A stretch of 32,594 nucleotides of DNA from an uncultured Actinomycetota bacterium (GCA_964560595.1 CAZLME010000003.1:1-32594), one strand, 5' to 3'; numbered from the stretch's first letter, positions 18,241 through 26,933 are shown. Translations and numbers: made by a program. The notes: generated from the sequence alone by a model not told the origin.

Positions 18241-19152
18241 CTATTTTAAATCTTTAACCACGGCAGGTATATGCTTCTCCCATCCGAGAGCCTGGATGTG
18301 GACCCCGGCACAATATGGTTTGACTTCATCTATCAGGTTGGAAGCAATCTCGATGCACATTGAAACCTTATCTTCTGTCGCTTCCATTTTTTTTACAATG
18401 GGCTCCGGTACAAATACGCCAGGTACAAATTTATTCATATAATTTGCCATCTTTTCGGATTTTAAAAGAATTATACCGGCGAGTATAGGAATATCGATAT
18501 GCTCCTTACGAATCCTTTCCATAAACCTTTTAAAAACTTCCGCATCAAATATGGCCTGAGTCTGGAAGAATTGGGCACCCTGACTTATTTTTTTCTTCAT
18601 TTTTATAATCTGAAGCTCATAAGATGCCTCTGTATCGGCACCGGGATTCACTACGGCACCCTTAAAGAAAGAAGGTTTCTGGGTCAGGTCATTACCTGCC
18701 AGGTCTTTTCCCTCTTCCAGGGTTTTTATTGCCCATAACAGCTGAACCGAATCAAGGTCAAACACAGGCTCAGCCTGCGGGTGGTCACCGGTAGTGGTAT
18801 AGTCACCGGTAAGAGCAAGGACATTTCTTATACCCATAACATAAGCGCTTATCAGGTCAGATTGAAGGGCAAGCCTATTTCTATCCCTGCAGGTAACCTG
18901 GAATATGGGATCGAGTCCCCATTCCTTTAAAAAATGGCAGGTTGCAAGCGAGCCAAGACGCATTACCGAACTCTGAAGGTCTGTTACATTTATTCCGTCC
19001 GCAACATCTCTTAAGATTTCTGCCGCTTCTTTAATCTCTTCGATATCGGCCCCTTTGGGAGGGCCCAACTCGGAGGTTACCGCAAACTTTCCACTTTTTA
19101 ACGCTTTTTCAAATTTCGATTCTTCCACTGTTGTTTTTTCTGATTCTTCCAT
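18241..19152 (-). CDS. metF: methylenetetrahydrofolate reductase, MetF subunit (acetogen MetVF type)
   Basis: I chose the ATG at 19152 (MEESEK...), 2 nt after the metV stop. It is a TIM-barrel MTHFR with motifs FAVTSELGPPKG, RDRNRLALQSDL, ALTGD and FFQTQAIFD. Confidence 0.85.
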   Translation of the reverse strand: MEESEKTTVEESKFEKALKSGKFAVTSELGPPKGADIEEIKEAAEILRDVADGINVTDLQSSVMRLGSLATCHFLKEWGLDPIFQVTCRDRNRLALQSDLISAYVMGIRNVLALTGDYTTTGDHPQAEPVFDLDSVQLLWAIKTLEEGKDLAGNDLTQKPSFFKGAVVNPGADTEASYELQIIKMKKKISQGAQFFQTQAIFDAEVFKRFMERIRKEHIDIPILAGIILLKSEKMANYMNKFVPGVFVPEPIVKKMEATEDKVSMCIEIASNLIDEVKPYCAGVHIQALGWEKHIPAVVKDLK

Positions 19153-19154
19153 GT

Positions 19155-19832
19155 TTACACCATCTCCTCTTCGTCCAGCGCCCATAATCTTGTTTTTCTT
19201 AATTCTGCCGAAGGTAATATTTTTGAATAATCCCGTGGCGGTATGAATTTATTTAATATATCCAGCCTGCCAATTTTTTTTAGGCTGTTATAAATAAGTT
19301 CCCACCCGCAGTCCCTTTCCGGGTCTGTTTCGCATTTCCCGTTACTCTGTCCTGCACATGCGCCATTTTCAAGTTTTTTGGGACAGGCAGAATACGGGCA
19401 TATACCGCCTGTATAATCCAGTATGCAGTCACCGCATGTATCGCATCTTTCGGTGCCCTGCCACATGCCTGTTATACCCCCAAAGGTTATGGTATTTAAA
19501 GCCGGATGGCAGATTTTATTTAAGACTGCTGCTGCTGCCTGGACGCCCAGTCCGCACGAAAATACAAGTGCAGAATCTGCATTTTTTATTTCATTGAGTC
19601 TCGGTTTTATGCGGGAACGGATTAATGCTTTCTGGCAGAGAAAATCTATTTCAAGTATACCGGTTACGTTTTTTCCTTCTTTTTCAAGCTTATCTTTCAT
19701 ATCAGTCAGCACTTCTTTTCCACCGGTTTTAGCACCTTCGGGACATCCGCAGCAGCCGATAATAAAAATATTTTTCTCATCTTTTAGTTTTAATAGTATT
19801 TCTTCTACAGGTTTAAATTCAGTTAATATCAT
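19155..19832 (-). CDS. metV: MetV, Cys-rich MTHFR-associated subunit (MTHFR_C domain)
   Basis: 225 aa. It has IIGCCGCPEGAKTGG, CGLGVQ and the C-terminal cluster CDTCGDCILDYTGGICPYSACPKKLENGACAGQSNGKCE....RDCGW, characteristic of MetV. Confidence 0.75.
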   Translation of the reverse strand: MILTEFKPVEEILLKLKDEKNIFIIGCCGCPEGAKTGGKEVLTDMKDKLEKEGKNVTGILEIDFLCQKALIRSRIKPRLNEIKNADSALVFSCGLGVQAAAAVLNKICHPALNTITFGGITGMWQGTERCDTCGDCILDYTGGICPYSACPKKLENGACAGQSNGKCETDPERDCGWELIYNSLKKIGRLDILNKFIPPRDYSKILPSAELRKTRLWALDEEEMV

Positions 19833-19859
19833 TAGACCTCCTAAAAAAATTTAAAGCTT

Positions 19860-21410
19860 TTAGATTACTTTATATTTACCAATCAGGTCCCCATCTGGCG
19901 TTATCAGGTGAACCGCACAGGCGGTACAGGGATCAAAACTTCTTATAACCCTTAAAATTTCAATAGGGCTCTCGCTTTCTTTAATTTTAAGGCCGATCAG
20001 CGCCTGTTCATACGGACCCGGCTGCCCATTTTTATCTTTTGGTGATGCATTCCAGGCAGTGGGGGTGATTATCTGGTAATTTGATATTCTGCCTTCTTCT
20101 ACATTTAACCAGTGCCCCAGCGCGCCTCTCGGTGCAGCACACAAACCCACTCCCTTTCCATCGGCGGGAGGGTCGTACTCAACTGCTGCAGGTTCTCCTG
20201 CTTTTAACTGCATAGCCCATTTTAAGAGCTGGCAGGCTATTATGTCAGCAGATAGCACTCTGGCAAGATGCCTTCCTGCCACTGAGTAAAAATTGGAAAT
20301 ATTTCCTCCAATTTCTGATAGGGCATCATCAACAATTTTTTTAACTTCCGGATCTTTTTTACCAAGATAAGTCGAAAGAATATTTGCAACAGGGCCAACC
20401 TCAAATACTTTACCGCTGTATCTCGGAGATTTAATCCAGCTGTATCCTTTTTCCTTATCAGATACTGGCTCGGTTTTACCGTTACCCGGATACAGGGGCC
20501 CGGAATCCTTATACCAGCTGTGGGTTACGTCCTCAGTTATGTTGTTGATATCAAATTCACTGTAATTATCAATATCGCTTATAAGCCCACCTTTAAAAAG
20601 CATATCGTTATAGCTACCATTGGATTTAGTTTTGTATGAATCATATGCCAGTAAGTTCAGGCAGCCTTTCCCGATTTCAAGATACTCACTGTATGTTTTA
20701 GCTACAGCTATAACATCAGGTAAATAATAATTTTTAATAAAATCTTTAATTTCTTCAAGTCTCCATATAAATTCAGTTATTTTATCAGCGGTTAGTTTTC
20801 CGGATACACCGCCGGCTACAATGGCGGCGTCATGGGGCCACTTTCCGCCAAAAAGGGTAGCGGCCTGCTGGGTTTTCTTGTAAATATCAAGAGCCCTGAG
20901 ATAATGACTCACTACCGCGCAGGTGGTTTCTTTATCAAACTTATAATCTATATCATCCCGGGGTAAAAATGGTGTGGAATATCCCTGCCCGAGAAAATAT
21001 TTTAATGTATTTAAATTCTTGTCTTGGCCGCTGTATTCGATAACCCTGGCAGGGTCAACATAATCCAGCCCGCTTAAAATATAAAAATGTAAAATATGGT
21101 CCGCAATGGTCCTGGTTCCAAGTATCAGATTCCTTAATAAAATCCCATTTTCAGGGATTTTATCGGAAAGGCCGGCATAATCTTCCACTGCAGTAACCGA
21201 GGCTATGGCGTGCGGTTCCGGGCATACTCCGCAAATTCTCTGCGTCAGCAGAACCGCATCCCGGGGATCTCTTCCTTTTAATATAACTTCTATCCCCCTG
21301 AACATGGTTCCGCTGATATTGGCATCTTTTATCTCGCCATTATCCACCATTACTTCCACTTTCAGGTGGCCTTCTATTCTGGTTATGGGGTGTATTACAA
21401 TTTTTTTCAA
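19860..21410 (-). CDS. [NiFe] hydrogenase large subunit
   Basis: 516 aa. The TTG start follows the SD GGAAGGTG. The N-terminal Ni-binding motif is PITRIEGH...QRICGVCPEPH. The C-terminal motif is ITPTAWNASP...RSFDPCTACAVH, followed by a 15-aa extension (LITPDGDLIGKYKVI) of the kind removed by the endopeptidase. Confidence 0.93.
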   Translation of the reverse strand: MKKIVIHPITRIEGHLKVEVMVDNGEIKDANISGTMFRGIEVILKGRDPRDAVLLTQRICGVCPEPHAIASVTAVEDYAGLSDKIPENGILLRNLILGTRTIADHILHFYILSGLDYVDPARVIEYSGQDKNLNTLKYFLGQGYSTPFLPRDDIDYKFDKETTCAVVSHYLRALDIYKKTQQAATLFGGKWPHDAAIVAGGVSGKLTADKITEFIWRLEEIKDFIKNYYLPDVIAVAKTYSEYLEIGKGCLNLLAYDSYKTKSNGSYNDMLFKGGLISDIDNYSEFDINNITEDVTHSWYKDSGPLYPGNGKTEPVSDKEKGYSWIKSPRYSGKVFEVGPVANILSTYLGKKDPEVKKIVDDALSEIGGNISNFYSVAGRHLARVLSADIIACQLLKWAMQLKAGEPAAVEYDPPADGKGVGLCAAPRGALGHWLNVEEGRISNYQIITPTAWNASPKDKNGQPGPYEQALIGLKIKESESPIEILRVIRSFDPCTACAVHLITPDGDLIGKYKVI

Positions 21411-21430
21411 AATTTCACCTTCCTAAATAA

Positions 21431-22321
21431 TTATTTATTTTGGATTTTAGCCTTCTTTTCATTTACCGGTACTTCAACATCTATAATTCTTTCACAGAAA
21501 TCTCCCAGAAGATCGGGATATTCCGGAGATGTGCAGCCGTTACACGGAGCTCCGCTTCCGATTACCCAGTTTGTTCTGCCGTTCCATTGCCTTGTGGAGC
21601 AATCGGCATAAGTTATAGGGCCTTTGCATCCCAGTTCGTAAAGACAGCCCTCGTCCCCCGGTTTTTTGGCAAATTTACCTTCATCAAAGTAAGCCCTGTT
21701 CGGACAATTCTCGTGAATCAATTTTCCGTAATATATCTTTGGTCTTTTAAAATCATCCAGCTCCAGATTTTCCAGACCTTTTGTAAGGATTTCTTCAATA
21801 GTGCCGAATAGCCAGTCCGGATGGGGAGGGCAGCCCGGAATATTTACAAGCGGGGTTTTAATATCATTGGCCAAAAAAATTTCTCCCACGCTCTTTGCTC
21901 CGGTTGGATTGGGATTTGCGGCAGCAATCCCTCCAAATGCTGCACAGGTTCCAAGAGCTATTACGAGCATTGCATTTGGTGCAAGCTTAAGCGCTTCTTC
22001 CAGTATGGTGTATTTTTTACCGTCCTTTTCTCCTGTAATGCAATAAATTCCATTATTGCCGGTCGGTATGGCTCCATCTATAATTAAAACATAACCCTTT
22101 TTATCAGCAGATTTTTCAAGTATTTCCATGGCAAGATTTCCGCTTGCAGTCATGATATTGGGATGAAATATAAATTCGAGCTTAAATCCCGGGATTATAT
22201 CCTGGAGCAGTACATTCTTAATTGAAGGATATTCGGAGCAGATTGTAGAAGTTATGCAACCGGTACAATTTTGTCCCTGAATATTAATAACGGGTATTGC
22301 AGGACTTTTTTTGTCATTCAT
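21431..22321 (-). CDS. [NiFe] hydrogenase small subunit, no Tat signal and no C-terminal anchor
   Basis: 296 aa. Proximal-cluster ligands are NCTGC, GTCAAFGG and GCPP. The distal and medial cluster region is HENCPNR...CLYELGCKGPITYADCSTRQWN...GAPCNGCTSPEYPD, closely resembling periplasmic Desulfovibrio-type small subunits. Only 18 residues precede the first CxxC. Confidence 0.9.
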   Translation of the reverse strand: MNDKKSPAIPVINIQGQNCTGCITSTICSEYPSIKNVLLQDIIPGFKLEFIFHPNIMTASGNLAMEILEKSADKKGYVLIIDGAIPTGNNGIYCITGEKDGKKYTILEEALKLAPNAMLVIALGTCAAFGGIAAANPNPTGAKSVGEIFLANDIKTPLVNIPGCPPHPDWLFGTIEEILTKGLENLELDDFKRPKIYYGKLIHENCPNRAYFDEGKFAKKPGDEGCLYELGCKGPITYADCSTRQWNGRTNWVIGSGAPCNGCTSPEYPDLLGDFCERIIDVEVPVNEKKAKIQNK

Positions 22322-22669
22322 ATCAATCTCCTTAAAAAAAGATTTTCTTTTTGTTTTTTAAACAGTGTTGATTTGAGCCTGAGAGGTAATATATTATATA
22401 TGTTATATTTGGAATGATTTGCAGACTTTAATGATTTTATATTTCGCTTATATATAAGTTTAAGCATTAATTATAATATTTGCCAAAGATAATTTGTCTT
22501 ATTTTAAACAAAATAAGATTTATTTTCAATTAAATTAGTTTACAGGATAGAGATATTTTTCATTTATTTTTTTGAGAATATAAATTTTCTAATTTACTGA
22601 TAAAATATACAGCATAAGTCATTAAATCTTTTTTAAAAGAAAACAGAGATTAAATTTATTTTTAAGATC

Positions 22670-22698
22670 ACTAAGATTAATTTTAAAACAATCTTAGT
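22670..22698. promoter_or_regulatory. 9-11-9 palindrome overlapping the candidate -35 of the archease promoter
   Basis: ACTAAGATT-aattttaaaac-AATCTTAGT. A TATAAT box lies at 22717-22722. The element is related to the hairpin at 25104-25139. Confidence 0.4.
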
Positions 22699-22732
22699 AA
22701 AGACTTTATAGCGTTTTATAATGAAATTGTGA

Positions 22733-23197
22733 ATGGATATGAACCCAAAAAAAGCAGGTAAAAAATATAGATATATTGACCACCTCTCTGATACCGGTAT
22801 CAAGTTTTACGGAAATACACCGGCAGAATTATTTGAAAATGCTGCGGCCGGGATGTTTTCCATAATGTGTGATTCGGAGTCGGTAAAACCTCTGGAAAAA
22901 AAGAGAGTCAGGATATCCCAAAAGAATACTGGCTATGAAGATCTATTAATATTATGGCTGGAAAAATTACTTTATCTGTACGAGGTTAATAATATCTTAT
23001 TTTCAAAATTCAAAGTCAGTAAAATTGAAAAGAAGGGTAATGCTTCTGTGCTTGAGGCTGAAATTTACGGGGAGAAAATAGACTTTTCCAGGCATGAAAT
23101 AAAAATAGCTATTAAAGCCCCGACTTACCATGCGCTTGAAATAAAGGAAGGCGGAGTAAATTATAACTGGAAAGGCAAGATTATTTTTGATGTCTAG
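22733..23197 (+). CDS. archease (RtcB activator)
   Basis: 154 aa. It has YIDHLSDTGIKFYGNTPAELFENAAAGMF near the N-terminus and a C-terminal KAPTYHALEI. It lies directly upstream of rtcB. Confidence 0.8.
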   Translation: MDMNPKKAGKKYRYIDHLSDTGIKFYGNTPAELFENAAAGMFSIMCDSESVKPLEKKRVRISQKNTGYEDLLILWLEKLLYLYEVNNILFSKFKVSKIEKKGNASVLEAEIYGEKIDFSRHEIKIAIKAPTYHALEIKEGGVNYNWKGKIIFDV

Positions 23198-23215
23198 TAA
23201 AGGAGTGGATCTGCA

Positions 23216-24667
23216 ATGAGTGGTTACAGGATTAAAAAAATAAGTGATTACAAATGGGAAATAGAAAAAAATGAAGAATATGGAATGAGAGTTCCGGGAA
23301 TAATTTTTGCCGACAAAGAGCTCCTGGATCATGCAATCGGTGAAAAGACTGTAGACCAGGTAATAAATGTTGCCACACTTCCCGGAATCATAAAAGCTTC
23401 TTTTGCCATGCCTGATATACATTACGGTTATGGGTTTCCTATTGGAGGAGTGGCTGCATTTGGGGAAGAAAAAGGGGTTATCTCGCCCGGGGGGGTCGGC
23501 TTTGACATATCCTGCGGGGTGAGAACACTCCGTACCAGTTTAAGCATAGATGATATTAAGGATAAACTGGAAGAAATAATGAGCATTCTATCATTCAGCA
23601 TACCAAAGGGAGTGGGCAGTAAAGGAAAAATAAGATTGTCAAAAAACCAGATGATCCAATTATTAAGAGAAGGCGTGAATTGGGCAGTTCAAAACGGCTA
23701 TGGGCAGGAGGAAGATAAATTTTTTATAGAGGAAAGAGGACGGATGGAAGGTGCTAATACTGATTTTGTCAGCAATCTTGCTCTGGATAGGGGAATGGAT
23801 CAGGTGGGGACCCTCGGCTCCGGAAATCATTTTGTGGAAATCCAGGCAGTAGATGAGATTTACGATACTGAAGCTGCAGAAATTATGGGTCTTAAAAAAG
23901 ATCAAATAACTATTATGATACATTCAGGTTCAAGAGGGCTCGGTCATCAGATATGCAGTGATTATATAAGAGTGATGCAGCAGGCTGCCGCAAAATATGG
24001 AATAAAACTGAATGATAGACAATTAGCCTGTGCCCCTTTGTCTTCCCCCGAAGGGAAAAGATACTATGGTGCAATGATTTGTGCAATTAACTATGCCATG
24101 GTTAACAGGCACTGTCTTGCCCACTGGGTAAGGGAAGCTTTAGAAAGATTTTTTAGAAAATCTCAGGAGAAATTAGGCATCAGTACCGTCTATGATGTAT
24201 CTCATAACATAGCAAAAATTGAAGAGCATAATATTAATGGTAAAGTAAATAAAGTATGCGTACACAGAAAAGGCGCTACAAGAGCTTATCCGCCGGGACA
24301 TAAGGATATTCCGGAACGGTATAAAAGTATCGGCCAGCCTGTAATAATCCCTGGAGATATGGGCCGTTATTCCTATATACTCCTGGGGACCGAGAAGGCA
24401 ATGAGTGAAAGTTTTGGCTCTACCTGCCACGGAGCGGGAAGACTCATGAGCAGGTCCAAAGCAAGAAAAATCATTCAGGGAAGTGAGCTTAAAAGAGACC
24501 TTTTTGATAAAGAGGGAATCGTGGTTATGGCCGGAAGTATGTCGGGGCTGGCAGAAGAAGCTCCGCAGGCCTATAAGGATGTAAGTAAAGTAGTGAATGT
24601 TGCCCACAATGCCGGAATATCAAAAAAGGCAGTAAGGCTCAGGCCGCTTGGTGTTCTTAAAGGATAA
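23216..24667 (+). CDS. rtcB: RNA-splicing ligase RtcB (3'-phosphate/5'-hydroxyl RNA ligase)
   Basis: 483 aa. Motifs are PDIHYGYGFPIGG, GGVGFDISCGVR, GSGNHFVEIQ, HSGSRGLGHQ and CHGAGR. Confidence 0.95.
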   Translation: MSGYRIKKISDYKWEIEKNEEYGMRVPGIIFADKELLDHAIGEKTVDQVINVATLPGIIKASFAMPDIHYGYGFPIGGVAAFGEEKGVISPGGVGFDISCGVRTLRTSLSIDDIKDKLEEIMSILSFSIPKGVGSKGKIRLSKNQMIQLLREGVNWAVQNGYGQEEDKFFIEERGRMEGANTDFVSNLALDRGMDQVGTLGSGNHFVEIQAVDEIYDTEAAEIMGLKKDQITIMIHSGSRGLGHQICSDYIRVMQQAAAKYGIKLNDRQLACAPLSSPEGKRYYGAMICAINYAMVNRHCLAHWVREALERFFRKSQEKLGISTVYDVSHNIAKIEEHNINGKVNKVCVHRKGATRAYPPGHKDIPERYKSIGQPVIIPGDMGRYSYILLGTEKAMSESFGSTCHGAGRLMSRSKARKIIQGSELKRDLFDKEGIVVMAGSMSGLAEEAPQAYKDVSKVVNVAHNAGISKKAVRLRPLGVLKG

Positions 24668-24831
24668 AAAAGAAGTTCTTGTTTTAAAAATCTTTGTTTA
24701 AATTTAGAATATAATAGTATAATTAATATTCAATTATCTTATAAACTTAAAATGTTTATTTAACTTAAAAAAATGTTGTTAGAAGAGTAAGATTAAAAAC
24801 TACTTAAAAATGATAGAAAGGGAGGTGAGAA

Positions 24832-25062
24832 ATGAATAAATTTAACCGTGTGGTAGTGGTTTTAGTACTGCTGAAAATAATCCTTTTTTCAATTGCGGCT
24901 GTGGTAAATAAATTCTTAAACCTTTTTGAGTGGTCTAAGATATTAGACAAGATTATTGGTTTTGTAGGAGGCCTTAATATCTATATTACCGGAGGGGCAC
25001 TTCTGGCTGTTTTTATAATCAGCTTAATTCTTCTTATCTTTGAGTTCAGAAGAAGTAGTTAG
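24832..25062 (+). CDS. small membrane protein, two predicted TM helices
   Basis: 76 aa. It has a strong SD (AAGGGAGGTGAG) 5 nt before the ATG, two hydrophobic stretches, and a hairpin terminator downstream. Confidence 0.55.
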   Translation: MNKFNRVVVVLVLLKIILFSIAAVVNKFLNLFEWSKILDKIIGFVGGLNIYITGGALLAVFIISLILLIFEFRRSS

Positions 25063-25103
25063 AGCAATAATATGGCTAAATGTCCGGATAAAATTTAAAT
25101 TTA

Positions 25104-25142
25104 AATACTAAGATCAATTGTAAAATTGGTCTTAGTATTTTA
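25104..25142 (+). terminator. Rho-independent terminator candidate
   Basis: The stem is AATACTAAGATCAATT (25104-25119) paired with AATTGGTCTTAGTATT (25124-25139), giving 15 of 16 Watson-Crick pairs plus one U-G wobble. The loop is GTAA and a short T run follows. Confidence 0.6.
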
Positions 25143-25322
25143 TGTAAACTTATTTCTCTATTTTTATAGAGTGGCTTATTAAAAATATCTTTATCAAAAC
25201 GCTGCATGTTATAACCCTGACCCAAGCCCATAAACCGCTAAAGCTATTCTTTTAATAAAAATATTTCTTAAAAAGAAAAAATAATTTCAGGGCAATGTAA
25301 AAAATTTTATTAAAATTATATA

Positions 25323-25350
25323 TTGACATATCTAAATATGTGATTATAAT
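25323..25350 (+). promoter_or_regulatory. sigma-70 promoter with embedded 6-4-6 palindrome (candidate ArsR operator)
   Basis: TTGACA (25323-25328), a 16-nt spacer, then TATAAT (25345-25350). The spacer contains ACATAT-ctaa-ATATGT (25326-25341). Confidence 0.55.
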
Positions 25351-25374
25351 TTATCTTGATTTATGGAGGTTAAA

Positions 25375-25728
25375 ATGAATACTTTAAAAAATATTACGAG
25401 AGTTTTAAAAGCACTGGCCGATGAAAACAGAATCAGGATTCTCTATTTACTGAGCGAAAGGGAAGATTTATGTGTGTGTGAAATCAGAGATATAATAGGG
25501 CTTTCTCAGCCTACCATATCGAGTCATTTAAAAATCTTAGAAAATAATGAGTTGATTGCCTTTGGCAAAGATGGAAAATGGGTTAATTATAATATGAATC
25601 CGCATCCTGATATAAACATAAAAAAAATAACTGATAGTATATTTTCAATGATAAAAACAGATAATGAGGTTAAAAAAGATAAAGACAGAGTAAGTAGGGT
25701 TGACCGTAAAAAATTACATATAGTCTGA
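25375..25728 (+). CDS. arsR: ArsR/SmtB family metalloregulator
   Basis: I chose the ATG at 25375, 5 nt after GGAGG (25365-25369). The wHTH region is LKALADENRIRILYLL....LCVCEIRDIIGLSQPTISSHLKIL, with the ELCVCE-type As(III)-site cysteines. Confidence 0.85.
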   Translation: MNTLKNITRVLKALADENRIRILYLLSEREDLCVCEIRDIIGLSQPTISSHLKILENNELIAFGKDGKWVNYNMNPHPDINIKKITDSIFSMIKTDNEVKKDKDRVSRVDRKKLHIV

Positions 25729-25840
25729 TACAAGAACTTTAACTGAAGGAAGTTATGAATTTAAACTGAGAAAATTCAGGGAAGCAAGGGATAACATTGA
25801 AAAAAATATATTAAATTTTCTTGAAGGGATAAAAGATTAG

Positions 25841-26887
25841 ATGGAAATATTTATAGGAACAATTAAAAGCGGATGGTACGGGCTTCTTGAGTATCTTTCG
25901 GCACATGTGCTTACCTGCCTTATACCTGCATTTTTTATTGCGGGTGCTATTGCAGTTTTTATTTCAAAAGGGGCAATTCTAAAGTACTTTGGACCAAAGG
26001 CAAAAAAATGGCTATCCTACAGCGTTGCTTCTGTATCCGGCGCTATACTTGCAGTGTGTTCCTGTACGATTCTTCCCCTGTTTGCGGGAATAAGAAAAAG
26101 GGGGGCCGGTCTCGGTCCTGCAATAGCTTTTTTATATTCCGGTCCGGCTATAAATATTCTGGCTATAGTTTATACTGCCAGGCTTCTTGGCTATGACCTT
26201 GGTGTGGCAAGAGCAATTGGGGCAATTATCTTTTCAATAGTAATAGGCCTTATTATGTCTCTTATCTGGATTAAAGAAGAAAGGAAAAGAGCGGAAGGTA
26301 ATCAGGATTTATTTAAGGTAGATGAACAAAGTAGTTACCAGAAACCAAAATATATAAGTATAATATTTTTCCTGTCCCTTCTCGCCATACTTATATTCGG
26401 TGCGGCGAAGATGTGGATATATGCCGGAACCAGCCTTGCAGTTCTTATCGTAATTATAATAATTGGCTACAGGAAGGCCGAACTAAAAGACTGGATGAAG
26501 GAAACCGGAAAACTCGCATGGCAGATATTTCCAATCCTTCTTGCCGGTGTATTTATAGTGGGGGTCATAAAATATTTTCTTCCCCAGAGCGTAGTTGAGA
26601 CCTGGGTAGGCGGGAATGGTATAAGGTCAAATTTTGTGGCTTCTGTATTTGGAGCTCTTATGTACTTTTCCACACTGACAGAGGTTCCCATAGTAAAAGC
26701 TTTAATGGAACTGGGTATGGGAAAAGGACCTGCTCTTACACTGCTGCTGGCCGGTCCATCATTGTCACTTCCAAATATGATTGTAATAGGAAGAATTATG
26801 GGAGCTAAAAAAACGCTTGCTTATGTAGCTCTGGTTGTAGTTATGGCTACTTTTACCGGAATGGCTTTCGGGTATTTTTTTACTTAG
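25841..26887 (+). CDS. predicted permease of the ArsP/PF03773 type
   Basis: 348 aa and polytopic. It has the conserved VCSCTILPLF segment and SGPAINILAI. The neighbouring ArsR and small thioredoxin-like gene form a pairing I recall as recurrent. Confidence 0.75.
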   Translation: MEIFIGTIKSGWYGLLEYLSAHVLTCLIPAFFIAGAIAVFISKGAILKYFGPKAKKWLSYSVASVSGAILAVCSCTILPLFAGIRKRGAGLGPAIAFLYSGPAINILAIVYTARLLGYDLGVARAIGAIIFSIVIGLIMSLIWIKEERKRAEGNQDLFKVDEQSSYQKPKYISIIFFLSLLAILIFGAAKMWIYAGTSLAVLIVIIIIGYRKAELKDWMKETGKLAWQIFPILLAGVFIVGVIKYFLPQSVVETWVGGNGIRSNFVASVFGALMYFSTLTEVPIVKALMELGMGKGPALTLLLAGPSLSLPNMIVIGRIMGAKKTLAYVALVVVMATFTGMAFGYFFT

Positions 26888-26933
26888 TATTTTTATTTTA
26901 ATCTGGATATTTTTTTAACTTAGAAATTTTATA

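Noticed and set aside
19860-21410. Possible [NiFeSe] hydrogenase.
   Set aside because: The large subunit has no in-frame TGA, and the C-terminal motif is DPCTACAVH with Cys at the position that would be Sec.
25199-25250. A slightly G+C-richer patch in the 300-bp spacer before arsR, considered as a possible gene remnant or small RNA.
   Set aside because: I could identify no conserved structure, repeat or recognisable peptide in any frame. The evidence is insufficient.
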